A stretch of 54,363 nucleotides of DNA, filler included, from Sphacelaria rigidula (Eukaryota): NCBI GenBank assembly GCA_964200075.2. It is 5 parts of 5 records of this genome, joined end to end, with 100 filler letters (N's around TTAATTAATTAA, not from the genome) between each part and the next. Parts side by side here need not be neighbours in the genome. Positions count along the whole stretch, not along the records: positions 10,894 to 21,686 come from CAXNAA020005901.1; positions 21,787 to 32,579 come from CAXNAA020005902.1; 3 more parts are not named here. One strand, given 5' to 3'. Each line of letters begins with the position of its first letter. The stretch's first letter is position 1. The position numbers and the translations under genes are program-made. The notes under the pieces were generated by a model. It had not been told where the DNA came from and did not search any database. It was given only the letters and a program-made list of their open reading frames with translations. Below, piece after piece: positions 11,479-23,075 of this stretch.

Positions 11479-12720
11479 GTGTCCCCGCTGGCGGTAGTTG
11501 CGGATCCCGTGGGGGCTGCTTTTGGGACATGTGTCGGGAAGCGGGGGGGTTTCGTGGCTCCCGCCTCGAAAGATTCGACTGACGCGTTTCCATCCCTTCG
11601 TACATCTCACATCGCCCAAGGGTATGCCAAGCTGAAATTCGATTCGTTGGCGGATCTGCCTAAGTTGCCGCTGTCCGCGACCAATAACATGCAGCAGTTG
11701 CTTGCCCTCATTGAAGGTGTGAAAGATTCCGTTGCCGCTATGCGCCTCATTGTTGGGAACGAGCACCCTATGTGATGGACGCCGGGGTGGGAAAAAACTC
11801 TCCAAAATCATTCGCAGCGAGCGGTGCACGCGAGTGCGCCTGATGCACCGACTACTGTCGCGCTTATCGCTGAATTTAGGTCCACTGTATCACGGTTGCA
11901 AGCGGGGGGCCCCTCGGGGCTCGATACTTTGGCGTACCTAGTGCGGGTGCTCAGTAAGGAACTGAGCAGTTTCACACAAGATGCCGTACTACGGAAACTG
12001 ATTGATTTCCGGACGTCCGAGGGGACGGTGTTTGCGGACTACCCACGTAATCTCCGCATTCTGGTGAGTAATGTGCAATGGCTGAGTGCCGAAATGACTC
12101 CCGATCAAGCGCAGGTGCAGTCGGCCATTGAAACGGCGATCCAGGATCAATTCCCTGTGATCAGTAGCCATGTTTTTGCGGGTCGGGATGACTGCGCGAC
12201 GCCGTTCGCGTCTTTGGAACTGTCAATGTCTAAACTCGACGATTTTCGGTCCAACACGATGCTGGCGCATGCGTCTCGCCTCGCGCCGGGACCGACGGGG
12301 GGCACGGCTGGGAATCGCTACCCACCTAAAGGGGGCCAGAGTAGGTCATTTGGGGGTATAATGGATATCAGCCACGTGCGAGCTTTCAACCGGGAAGACC
12401 AGGGAATGGCTCATGTGTAGATGGTGCGGCGGGGAAATGGGGACCGTTTTTGGCGGATTAAAGACCCTCGCTTCTACGAACCGTTCCCCACCCAGGAGCT
12501 TGAAAATAAGGCGCGACAAGCGTTTTGTCTATACTGTTCAAACTGTGGTAGCGCTGATCATAGGTTGGCTCGCGACTGCCCGAAGGGTTTTACTGACAAG
12601 TCAGGTCTCATTCGTGACTCTATGGGGGAAGGCACCCCGGAGGAGGTGCGGCAGAAACGGGCTCGGTGGCAGCGCCGCTCACGCTCCTGTTTCGCTGAAA
12701 ACTACCCCAACAACAAATGA
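11479..12720 (+). pseudogene. gag: gag-like region with zinc-knuckle
   Basis: Same-frame ORF pieces 11479-11775, 11824-12420 and 12421-12720 are separated by stops. C-terminal CSNCGSADHRLARDC is CCHC-knuckle-like and lies upstream of pol. Confidence 0.65.
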
Positions 12721-13992
12721 AGGGGAGACGGTAAGGAGTGGGCCGCCTTACCGGTAGCACGGGTGCCAGGTAACAACGATGATCGTCGAGCTCGTAACGT
12801 CGGTCACCGTTGGTGTTTGTTCCACAGCAGGTTGAGACTGCTGTATGTAGTGAAGTTGCGGTTAACAAAGATGTACGGCGAACTCGAACTGGTCAGTCGC
12901 TTGGGGAAATTGGTTCACAGAGGGGTGTTCCTGCTGTAGGTAGCGAATCCTCTGCTTATCACGATGCTCATCGAGCTAGAAAAGATCGATTGCCTGTGTC
13001 AATTAGTCCACAGCAGGGTGTTCCTGCTGTAGGTGGCGAAACTTCTGTCATCTCCCTCCCGCACAGAGCGGACTTTGGCAATGAGATAGGGTACGTTCTG
13101 TCTGGGGGTGTCGGTAAGGGTGGGTGTGTTGTTTCCGCTTGGGGGTAGCCGTGGGATCTGATCACTCTGTAGGTGATCCTAGCAGGGAAGGGGGGGCTCC
13201 TTCGCTTTGCACTACGCGGCGAGCTGATGTAGTAGATATTGACCGACGGAAGGAGGGTGTGGTTCGACGTTGCGCTCGAGACAGCCTTCCCTTTCAAACT
13301 GGCGAAGATACACGGGTGAATGAGTCACTTGTGCAGGCCAGCTGTCGCGGTGGGCGTTGCTCACAGACGCGAGGGATTTGAACGGTCCTGGTGTAATGGA
13401 TCCATCACATGGTAAGGAGAGCCTGGCAGATGAACTCGTCCAGGGTGAGGGAGGCATTCCGCGTCGCGACGCTCGGGGCCCACGAGGCACTCGGGGGTGC
13501 TACCCGGAGAAGCGAACGCCGGAATACGCTTCAAATGGAGGGTCTCCTCTCTCTGGCGCGGAGCCAGATGAACCACGCTTGGGCCGACTTTCCTCGAGTA
13601 TGAACTCGGTTCCCGAAGAGAGCCAAATTGAAGCACTATCGGAGGATGATAGCTTGGTGACACCTGCGGGCTCAATGCCACGAAGTCTCGTTGATGAACC
13701 CAACCCTTTGGAACTGAGAAGTGTCTACTCACGCTCGGGGCATTCGCGGATGCTCGCCGGGTTCGACCTGTTCGTAATGTGGGCGACGGTAAACCGATGG
13801 GGGTGGAGGAGCACATTTACGCTCTCGACTCATCGGGCAAACGCTTGCAGTGTAGTGAACCACCCGCATCGACCCCCGTTCCTATCCCTTGCCAGGTACT
13901 GCGCTGTAGGCGGGGCGCGTTTCTACCGGAAGTGATTTCGGTAATCGGCGGGCACGTGTTGGTCGATCGTGTGCGCAATACGGCAGGGGTTA

Positions 13993-14242
13993 AGACACTT
14001 TCTACGATACCCCCCCCAAAGCCATCCCAAAAGTGCCACAAAATAAATGGCCATACAGCGCCTGATGTTTGGGTTCAGGCTGCATGAAGCGCCTCATATT
14101 TGCGACACTGACTAAAACGAACCCAAGCTTGGGAATTCCCAGCTGCTCGTTGTGCCCGGCTTTTTCCATTTCGATTCACGTAAAGATTTTTCCTCCCAAA
14201 ACCATGCACGTTTGGGGGGGGGGGCTATCGTAGAAAGTGTCT
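13993..14242. mobile_element. 250-bp PIF/Harbinger (Tourist-like) MITE
   Basis: TIRs AGACACTTTCTACGATA.CCCCCCC / GGGGGGGCTATCGTAGAAAGTGTCT, with a TTA target duplication at 13990-13992 and 14243-14245. Confidence 0.85.
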
Positions 14243-14246
14243 TTAG

Positions 14247-14850
14247 GTGTTTGGCGGTCCGAAGGCAACCCGGGCGTGGGGGTACACGGCGCTGCTGGAC
14301 AGTGGGAGCCCAGCGACTTTCATCCTGAATAAGGTATGGATGTCCACGGTGCAGCATGGGGCTGGTTCGGGTGACGCGGTGCGGGACATTGATCCCATAT
14401 CGTGGGGTGGGTTTAACGGTGTTCCTATGAAATTTTGCTCTTAGGTTATTGCCGAGATATCCCCCCCACAAAGGTGCACCGGAACCCGTCCGACAAACCG
14501 GCTGCGATCCAACTAGTGGGCTCGTTTGCAGCAATTTCGCTCACATGAGGGACGTGTAACAGTCCGAAATCAGCTGTAACGCCCAAATGAGTCGCGTCGT
14601 GCAGCACGAAACCAGCTCTAACGGCATNNNNNNNNNNTTATGATCATCGCCTCCGTGCACTTTTTTGGCCGGTTCGGGGGGGGGCTGTCTCGGCAGCAGC
14701 CGTGCGCTTGAATATTCGTTTTATTGACGATACGTGCAAGGGCCGGAACTCGGGCACGAGTGCCTACTTCGCGGTCGATGCGCATATCGTGCCTGACGGT
14801 ACCATGACTTTTGATTTGATTTTGGGACGCGATGGATTGGGTCAATTTCC
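14247..14850 (+). pseudogene. Retroviral-type aspartic protease remnant, split by a MITE
   Basis: YTALLDSGSPATFI active-site motif at ~14283-14325 and DLILGRD at ~14812-14833. Confidence 0.8.
14444..14701. mobile_element. MITE with imperfect TIRs, containing a 10-N assembly gap
   Basis: GGTTATTGCCGAGATATCCCCCCC ... GGGGGGGCTGTCTCGGCAGCAGCC. Preceded by TTA, but no matching right TSD. Confidence 0.6.
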
Positions 14851-15489
14851 TGTGGGGTCATATCGTGATGTCAGTGAATCTAGGACGATCATGTCGTTTG
14901 GGGGGGCCTCGAAATCTCCAGGTCCCACTTCGTTCGACCGTTGGGTCCAGAACGCGGTGGGTATGATTGAACAAGCGTCGGGATCAGGTAAGGAGGTGGT
15001 TGTGGTTTTCGTGGGTGAGTCCGATCAGGTGGTGTCAAACGAGTTGACGTGGGTTCCCGTCACACTGTCGCTTAGCGGGGCTTCTGCTCGGCAGGGATCG
15101 TAGTGTGTGAGTTTCGAGCAGGCTTGATCCCTCTCGGAAAAGGCAGTGGATTCCGGCGATTCAATTATTTCTTCGATATTTACGGATTTTGAGGGTGTCA
15201 TGGCCGTGCCGGGGATGAAATTGGGTGGGGCAGACTTGCCGCTGGTACCGTGTTCGCTGAATGATGCGAAAATTCCCAAATTGCCAACTCTGGTGCCTCC
15301 CGGTGTGTTTGTGGTCGAGAAGGAGGCGTCGGCTCCGCCATACGAGATATATGGAGATTCATTTGCGGAGAAACGCGTGGCATTTCGGCGTTTGTGGGAT
15401 CGCCTCCCGGCGCGTTTGCGTAGTATATATTTCGGGATAGAGGACAAATACTGGCAGGTGGAAGACATCGACAAGTTGGCAGATGTACT

Positions 15490-16632
15490 GTGCAAGTTCT
15501 CGCACCGGTTTTCGGTGGGCAAGATTCTTTAGGTTATTGCACGGTGGACACTTTCATATTTGAGCTGAAGCCCGGGGCAACTCCTATCAAGCAGCGGCCG
15601 TACCGTCACAATCCCGCCCTGCAACAAAAGGTGCAAGTTGAAATTGACAGACTCTTGGCTGGTGGGTTGTTGCGGCGTTTATATTCCAACTGGAGTTCCC
15701 CACTGGTGGTAGTGAACAAGAAATATGGGGGAAGTCGGTTGACGTTCAACTACCGTAAATTCAACGAAGCCACCGTCATCCTTGTTTCGCCCATTCCCAC
15801 CATCGATAAACTTTCGGGTGAATTCGGCGGCGCCAAAGTGTTTACGTGTTTGGATATTCTGTCGGGTTATTTCAATATCTCAATCAATCCAGACGCCATC
15901 CCCCTCATCGCCGTGTGCACTCAGTCCGGTTTCTATGAATGGTTAGCAATGCCTATGGGGTGCAGTGGTAGTCCGGCTTGGTTCCAATCTATCATGGCGA
16001 GGGTGTGTGAACGGCTGGAACGGTGCCGTTTTTATATTGACGATATCTGTGCGTTCAGAAAAAATGGGGCTGAGCATGTGAACGACTTGGCCGCCTTTCT
16101 TGAACGCCTTACCAAATTCAATTCAAAACTGGCGCCGAAGAAGGCGCACTTGGGGGCGTGTGAAACGTAACTATTGGGTCCCCGTATTTCGGTCAGCGGC
16201 ATTGCGCCCGACTCTAAGAAAGTGGACGCGTTGCGATCAATGCCTATGCCCATCAATGTCGATGGGCTACGTTCGCTTCTGGGGGGGTTAAGCTTTTATC
16301 GGAAAATGTTATCCCCAAGGTGGCCGCTCGTACAAAATCCATCAATGTTGTTGAAAAAAGGGGTGGAGTTCACGTTCACGCCGGAAAACGCGGGAACCCT
16401 TCGCGAAATTCTGGACGATATGTCTAGCAGTAAGGTTCTCGCTTTTACTGACTATGAGGGTACTGTTTGGTGGCCATCCTTTCATGTTGGCCACTGATGC
16501 CAGCAAGGAGGGGCTCGGGGCTGTGGTGGAACAGCGCTAGTCAGATGGATCCGTGCGGCCTTATATGCTCTTTGAGCTGGAGCACATTGCCGAATGAAAG
16601 TTGGACGGCCACTGAGTTGGAAGCTGGCGCTA
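15490..16632 (+). pseudogene. pol: Gypsy reverse transcriptase and 5' part of RNase H
   Basis: PIKQRPYR, SNWSSPLVVV, LDILSGYF, MPMGCSGSPAWFQ, FYIDDI; then LRSLLGGLSFYRK, TDAS and WTATELEAGA, with stops and frameshifts. Confidence 0.92.
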
Positions 16633-18899
16633 CACACGTGGAAAATTAGCACCCTGTAGGACGTGCTGCACAGGTTATTCGCAGTCTTTGTGAGAACCCC
16701 TGTACGGCATGTGCAAACCCTAGTACCTCTACCAGCATTTTGTGTAGCATTTTTCTCGACACCTTGTAAGCAATCCTGTGGAAAGGCACTCCCAATTTGG
16801 AAATTCCAAATTATTTTGTTACAAAATCTGTAAATTTATTTATTTAGAGAAGCTGTTAAAAAAACCGGATTTGTTTCGAACAGCAGCAGAAGCCATTCGA
16901 AATGGATCATTTTTTTGCCCGATTGGACATCGAGCAAAAGGAGGATTCATGTGGAACAGCAGAAGAAGCTATTCGAAGTAGAACTTTTTCTTGCCCGATT
17001 AAATCGGGCAAAGCATGGTTTTATCTGGAACAGCAGAAGAAGCCATTCGAAATAAATTCTTTTTTTGCCCGAATAAATTGGATAAAATATATATATATAT
17101 ATATATCAAACAGCTGCTTCTGCTGTACAAATCCCATGCACACTGGCGGATTGGGAATTTTTAACAGGAGAAGAAGCTCGAAATGAATCCTCACTTTACC
17201 TGTCACTTCATCCGGAAATTGGGCAAAAGGGGATTTATTGCGAAAAATCTCAGCTGTGCAAGGCCCGCATGTACTGCACCGTTATCAGCAGATGGGATCC
17301 GAGATGCAGCAAAAGTTGTCGAAAATAATTCATCCTCTTGTCCCTCAATTCATATATCAATTGGGCTAGAGGATAAATTCCTCAACAGCTTTCGCTGAAA
17401 ACAAATCCCACACACTGCTTGCGGGTGTGTGTCAACACGCCTGAGCTTAGATGTGACGCTTTCGCTGCAGGCGTGGTGAAGATGCTGGAATTGCAGGTGT
17501 ATACCTCGCATATCTATGTACATAGCTCATTAAAACCCAGCTGTCCAATGTCCACCAAGACAGATCAAATGGGTTTTTAGATCAAAAACGCGAAAAAAAA
17601 CTGATCGCGGTAAATGTGCGTAATTTGATGGGGAAGATTGACTGACTGATTGACTGTCGCACTTTCAATGACCCCCCCAGCACGGGGTTCAGCCGTGGTC
17701 TATAAAATCACAACGCTACACTGTATAGTGGACTGTACATGCGCAATACCACGCAGGACATTGCAATACCGTGCTTATACGCCAGCTGCTATATACTGCA
17801 GAGAGAGCGCAGCTTATGCGCTACGTATGGCTATGCAACGTGGATATGTGCTGCAGCTCATTATATTTTGATATATGGGGGTGCTATATACCGTCAGGAG
17901 TAACTTTAGAGGTTGCACACGGGCACGCGTACATACATGTGCGCACACAACTGCAGCACGCAATGAGCAGGGCGTGAAAAGGAAGCGGGGAAAGTACAGT
18001 ACAGACAGCGGAGGACTATTTATTTTTCCTACCTACACTGCGACGTGAAAAGGACTTGAACGACGTGTAGCTTTGTACTGATGCCTGCGCCCACATATGC
18101 ATCAACTATGCGGTGAGTACATGCTACATACCCCGAGTGCATATGGCTCGATCCGTCGCCGTGCGATGCCGCGCGACCATGAAAGAAGATGCTCAAGTTT
18201 CCATGCACCACCAAGAAATACACCATCCCCAACCACGGCAGTATGTATTTATATCCCAGTGCCCAACTCGTGCTCTTTGCTTTAGACAGTATAGGGTTGT
18301 GCGGTATAGCTGAGAACATGAGTGTTGTCATGGGTCATTTCCATGGATCTCGGGTCATGATCTATACTACATAATATACAAGTACTTCCAAGTACAAAAT
18401 TGCTCCGGTCCCGAAGGTCAAACTCCGGAGGTAAATTTACACCCTGGAGAGTCCTTTTCCCCCAAAGTTGCCAACAGGTGATCATTCTAAAATTACAAAA
18501 CAAGGGTGCTCATGTTTCCGTCTATGAAGTTATTGCTTGGTATATCCATTACAAACACATAAATAATCCTTGAGGCAACAGCAAATCATAGGTGGTTCAA
18601 TGCTTAGTGCGTACTTCTCCCGACCACTAAAGTGCGAGCTCGATACCCACCATTGTCACAATTGAACCGTTTTTTCCAGCCAGAACTGTGCCCGCGCTGC
18701 AAGGTCGAGCATGTTGTATATGCGTAAAAATACTGTACAGTATATTAACAGCAATGAACTTACACGAAATGACGAAACCCTGTGGATCATACTGTGTGGC
18801 GCAAAGTCGTACCCTACAGCCAAATCTCCGCGAGAAACATAGCACAGTTTCCCTGAATCCTGTGGACATGCCCCATAGGGTGCTATTTGTTCACGTGTG
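16633..18899. mobile_element. 2267-bp non-autonomous TIR DNA transposon (CACAC...GTGTG termini, TA TSD) inserted in RNase H
   Basis: ~41-bp imperfect TIRs CACACGTGGAAAATTAGCACCCTGTAGG / CCCCATAGGGTGCTATTTGTTCACGTGTG, TA at 16631-16632 and 18900-18901. Removing it restores ...ELEAGA-IVWALKQ... Confidence 0.9.
16880..17085. repeat. ~75-bp tandem subrepeats inside the TIR element
   Basis: AGAAGC(C/T)ATTCGAA...TTTTGCCCGA at ~16888, ~16963 and ~17039; includes the palindrome TTGCCCGATTAAATCGGGCAA. Confidence 0.65.
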
Positions 18900-21441
18900 T
18901 ATCGTATGGGCTCTGAAGCAAAATCGGCCGCTGTTTTATGGGGTGCCTTTCCAAATTTATAGCGACCACCAGCCTCCGCGCAGTCTTTTGAGCTTAGCAG
19001 AGAAGGTGCCGCGGGTTCAGCGTTGGCACAATTTCTTAGCGCGTACACGTACGAAATTTTATACAAACCAGGTGCCTTTAACTCCAACGCCGGCATGTTG
19101 TGCCGACTGCCGCAAGCTCATAGCCCGGAGGATGTTAGCGGACGGTTCCAAATCACCGACCCTGCCGATGTCGATGTTGACTTTATTGGGGCAAGCGGTA
19201 TCGTGCCTCGTGGCTTTGAACGTCACCATGGTTCTAGTTTGGATGGGCTCCCCGGCGGGTCAGGCTCGCCCCAGGGTTCCTGTTTGGATGGGATTCCCCT
19301 TCATGGTGTGGTTCAAAGGGGGGAGAAAGGACACTCGGACACACCGTTGACACCTTCAGAAGTAGCGGACGACCGGTGGGATCAAATTCAAAGTAAACGC
19401 ATGCAACAACAGTCCATGGCAGTCTGGAAGGGATCGGAAGTGATAAAAGATTACTCACGCCTCCTTTCCCCGAAGCTTACTGATGTGGTGTGTAGGCAGT
19501 GGGAGCCGGGTTTGTGCTTACATGCCTGCCCGGTTACTGAAGCGGGGAAATATTTGTTACACGAGACGGTGGGCTCGGACATTTTGGTAAGCACAGACGG
19601 TGAGGCTGGGTCAGCCGAAGAGGACAGTTCGGGTACCCCCGCGCCCACCTGAGAGGCGGCGGAAGCACGTAATTTTGGAGAGCGTTTGTGTGCCAAGTCA
19701 GCAGGCGACTGGGTGCACATCCAACAGACTGATTTGACCGCTCGTACGACTACTAGGTATCTCTCACAGGGGACAACGGTACTCACGAAAGAAGAATACA
19801 AGTCAATGGATGGTGGTATTGATGTGAAAGTACTGAGGGCGTCGTTGAAACAAGGAAAACTGTTTGAGCTAGCGAACGGTAGCAAACGGGTGGTGAAAAA
19901 CTTGCTCCTACGCCTTTGGATTCGAAGGACCGTAACTCGGGGGTATTGAGCGATACCTCGGGGACGAACCGGTGCAATTGTATGTCCCGTTGATGCTGAG
20001 GCCCTGGGTAATGGACCAGACGCACAAAGAGCAGTGCACCTGGAGGGGAAAGTGGCCCTCTCCCTGCTGCGAAGGTATTATTGGTAGATCGGTATGGAGA
20101 AAAGCGTGAAATTCTGGATCCGACGCTGCTACTGATGCCAGGCCAAGAAATCTGATCGGTGTACGATGCGCCGGCCCCTGGTCCCACTGCTACTACCTAA
20201 TCGGCCAGGGCAAGTGGTCGCGTTTAATTTTCTGGGCCCTCTGCCGAAAACAAAGAGAGGCAACAGACGCATTTTCCTCGTGGTGGATTTGTTTAGTAGG
20301 CATGCGGAAGCTTACGCGATCACCGCTGAAAAGCAATCGGCTACCGGGTATGCTGCAATCATAGTGGGGGATCATGTGTCACGATGGGGTTGCCCGCACA
20401 CTTTCTTGTCGAATCGGGGGGCGTAGTTGACTTCCGCTGTGTGTATGTCGGTTTATGAAATGATGGGTACGATAAAACGGTTCAAAAAGCTCTCATCACC
20501 CTCAGACGAATGGGATGGTGGCACGGTTGCATCACACCATATGCCAAACGCTGTCTTATTTGGTGGTGAACAATCAAAGCAACGGGGATGAGTCTCTGAT
20601 GCATGCGATCTCAGCACACAACAACAATACCAGTAGGGGTACCGGTTTGTCTCAAAATGAAGTGCATATTGGACGCTGCCCGAGTATGCCAATGACCATT
20701 TCGGAGGGTCGTGGGGTGCGGGGGCACCAGGGTTTGAAGGCCGATTGGTTGGATCACCTCCAGCTGATCAGAGAACGACAGGTAGAGGCATACGAACTGG
20801 TGAGGTGAGATGATTTTTTTATTAAAGCAAAACATGAAGCCAAAAACCAGGGAATCGAGAAAATGGCCAACCGTCGGCCCAAATGGGAAGCGGGTCAGTG
20901 GGCGTTTGTGTATGATGACAGGAGCGCCATCGTCGCGGGGGGTAAGGTGGTGCAGGTGGCGGCAAGTACAGCCCAGACGTCCTTGGCTCTGTCAGCGAAG
21001 CTGGCTGAATGTTGTACGGGGCCATACGAAAAACTATTGGTAGGACCGGGGGTAATCTCGGAGGGTGAACAGGTGGGTAAGAATTTGCTGTTGCTGGAGC
21101 TTCGTCGGAACGAGCCAGGGGTCAACATGAATCCCAGGGTGGCGGTGGCGAGGTGTAAGCGGTGTTACAATCCTCATGAGGGCGGGGGGGCGTACTCATT
21201 TGTTGCTTGCCTTAGTCATTTGACCATTGACCACGCATCCCTTTCGAGACGGAGCAATCCTCATGAGGGGCCGGACAAGCCGAGATTTTTGCCTTGGAGG
21301 GTTAGTCAGTACGTGCTGAAGAAGTATTCTGAACTGTCGCCTCCTCTACATCTGAGGGCGGAGGATGTGACGAGGGAGTCGGACACGCACCGAATACTGC
21401 CCGAAAAAGTGGTGAAGTACAAGTTGTCTCGGGGTGTGGGT
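18900..21441 (+). pseudogene. pol: Gypsy RNase H 3' part, integrase (HHCC, DDE core) and GPY/F C-terminal region
   Basis: IVWALKQ..FQIYSDHQP, YEILYKPG, FLGPLPKTKRGN..LVVDLFSR, HPQTNGMV, TGPYEKL; many disablements. Confidence 0.9.
21183..21254 (-). mobile_element. 72-bp 5'-truncated family A retroposon insertion with 15-bp TSD
   Basis: CAATCCTCATGAGGG is duplicated at 21168-21182 and 21255-21269. The insert ends ...AATGAGTACGCCCCCCCG on the minus strand. Confidence 0.9.
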
Positions 21442-21442
21442 A

Positions 21443-21528
21443 ACACGGATTTTCAACAAAAAACGGTCAAGCGATAAAAAAACGGGGAAATTTTGATCAC
21501 CTTACCGTTTTTTACTGAAAATCTGTGT
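21443..21528. mobile_element. ~86-bp foldback/MITE-like element ending the Gypsy reading frame
   Basis: ACACGGATTTTCAACAAAAAACGGTCAAG ... CTTACCGTTTTTTACTGAAAATCTGTGT imperfect inverted repeats. Confidence 0.6.
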
Positions 21529-21616
21529 CTTGCCTCATTTGGCCAAAAACAAAAGTGCGGCCAACGGGAAATGCAAAGTTGCCCCAGAACGGCCTCAAGG
21601 AGTAGAGCAAGTCATT

Positions 21617-21686
21617 GACACTTTCTACGATAGCCCCCCCCAAAACCAGCTAAAAGTGTCACGAAAAAAATGGCCATACAGCGCCT
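21617..21686 (+). mobile_element. Second copy (left end) of the Harbinger-like MITE, truncated by the block end
   Basis: GACACTTTCTACGATAGCCCCCCCC...AATGGCCATACAGCGCCT matches 13994-14063. Confidence 0.85.
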
Positions 21687-22446
21687 NNNNNNNNNNNNNN
21701 NNNNNNNNNNNNNNNNNNNNNNNNNNNNNNTTAATTAATTAANNNNNNNNNNNNNNNNNNNNNNNNNNNNNNNNNNNNNNNNNNNNCCACTCCAGAAAGT
21801 GGCTAGTTCAAGGATGCAAACCCTACATGCGAATCAGAACGACCAACGCCGAGCACGCCCAGCAACTGAGAAGCCCCTGTTTGGGATCGTTTCGCCAGTG
21901 TTGCCGATACGAAGCGCTTTATGCACTCTGAAACCAGCAATCATGCGCTATATTGTCATTTTCTTCAAGACAGTTTTGGGGCTGGGTTGGGTGGGGGGGG
22001 GAGGGGGGGCTATCGCAGCATCACTCTGCAAGGTATTGAGCTTTGCAGGGTAGCAGTGGTTGCGCCACCGTACAACTGTAGTATCCATGCTGCCATTCTG
22101 GTGGCCCCTTTACTGTTCGAAAATCCCGCAGCCTGTGCTTCTGTGTTTTCTGCTTTTCCCTGCAATTCTCGACGATTACAAGAAAACTGCGTTAAAGGCA
22201 GGGGACCGCCATAATTCGAGAATCCCAGCACTATGAACTCTGGTGTCTATCGTTACCGGTTAGTTGATCTCTTGAATTGGTTTGCGACCCGATTCGGTCG
22301 AGCCCACGGCTGCCTTACCGTACTGTCCGTGCTGTACTGGTGAAGGAGAGCTGGTCGGTGGCGGCGTCTCGGTTTGAATACCACAATTTGGGTAACCATT
22401 CCGGAAAATCGCCCACTCTAACTCACCAAGTTTAGAACCGCCATAA

Positions 22447-22516
22447 TAGAGGTATTTTAAACTCGAGGTTCCTCGTATATTTCACTGTAATTTACCTCGA
22501 GTTTGAGATACCTCTA
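22447..22516. repeat. Short inverted repeat (mini-MITE-like)
   Basis: TAGAGGTATTTTAAACTCGAGGT ... ACCTCGAGTTTGAGATACCTCTA. Confidence 0.6.
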
Positions 22517-22599
22517 ATAATCAGCATCGTATCCCTTGTTTGGCACAAACTCCATCCGATGAGGGAGAAGACGGAGACCATGCATGTCTGCACCGCACC

Positions 22600-23075
22600 A
22601 AAAAGCGGACACAATAGTCATCAGGGCAGCGGAGCAACGGAGAAATTCGTGTACCTACGAACACCTGTCAACAGAGGAGCCGACATGACCCCAGAGCTTC
22701 CGTGCCTGGCCGGACTCGCGTTCTGGAAATATAGGGAGTTTGGCAGAGTGTTTGTCAAGATCTGGGTGTTGAAAGTCCAACAGCTGGAGTCCTCTACGGT
22801 TCGTCAGTGCGGGCGCCGAAAATATCGACTACGACAAGGTGCGCATTACACACCGTCAACTCCTGCTGTCGTGCATCCGACAATTCCGCAAGCCCGGCCC
22901 ACGGAAATATCGTTTTCTATGTGGGAGCTCTCGAGAGGACGAGATAGAGGAGTATCGAAACAATCATTGTTTGGAAATGGGGGCTATATTTAATATAATA
23001 GTTCGCTGGACTAAACGGACGCCTGACCACCGACGCTGCGCTAAGGATATTAAGGGTGGGATTCTAGAAGGGGGT
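22600..23075 (+). mobile_element. Highly decayed non-LTR retrotransposon (RTE-like) ORF2 C-terminal remnant
   Basis: Fragments EKFVYL and YDKVRITHRQLLLSCI resemble post-RT segments of RTE-clade LINEs as recalled; no intact ORF. Confidence 0.4.

Larger units (their letters stand above)
11030..21441 (+). mobile_element. Degenerate Ty3/Gypsy LTR retrotransposon internal region (gag-PR-RT-RH-IN) with nested insertions; LTRs not seen
   Basis: Domain order PR-RT-RH-IN is diagnostic of Ty3/Gypsy. Multiple stops and frameshifts. Left boundary approximate. Confidence 0.92.
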
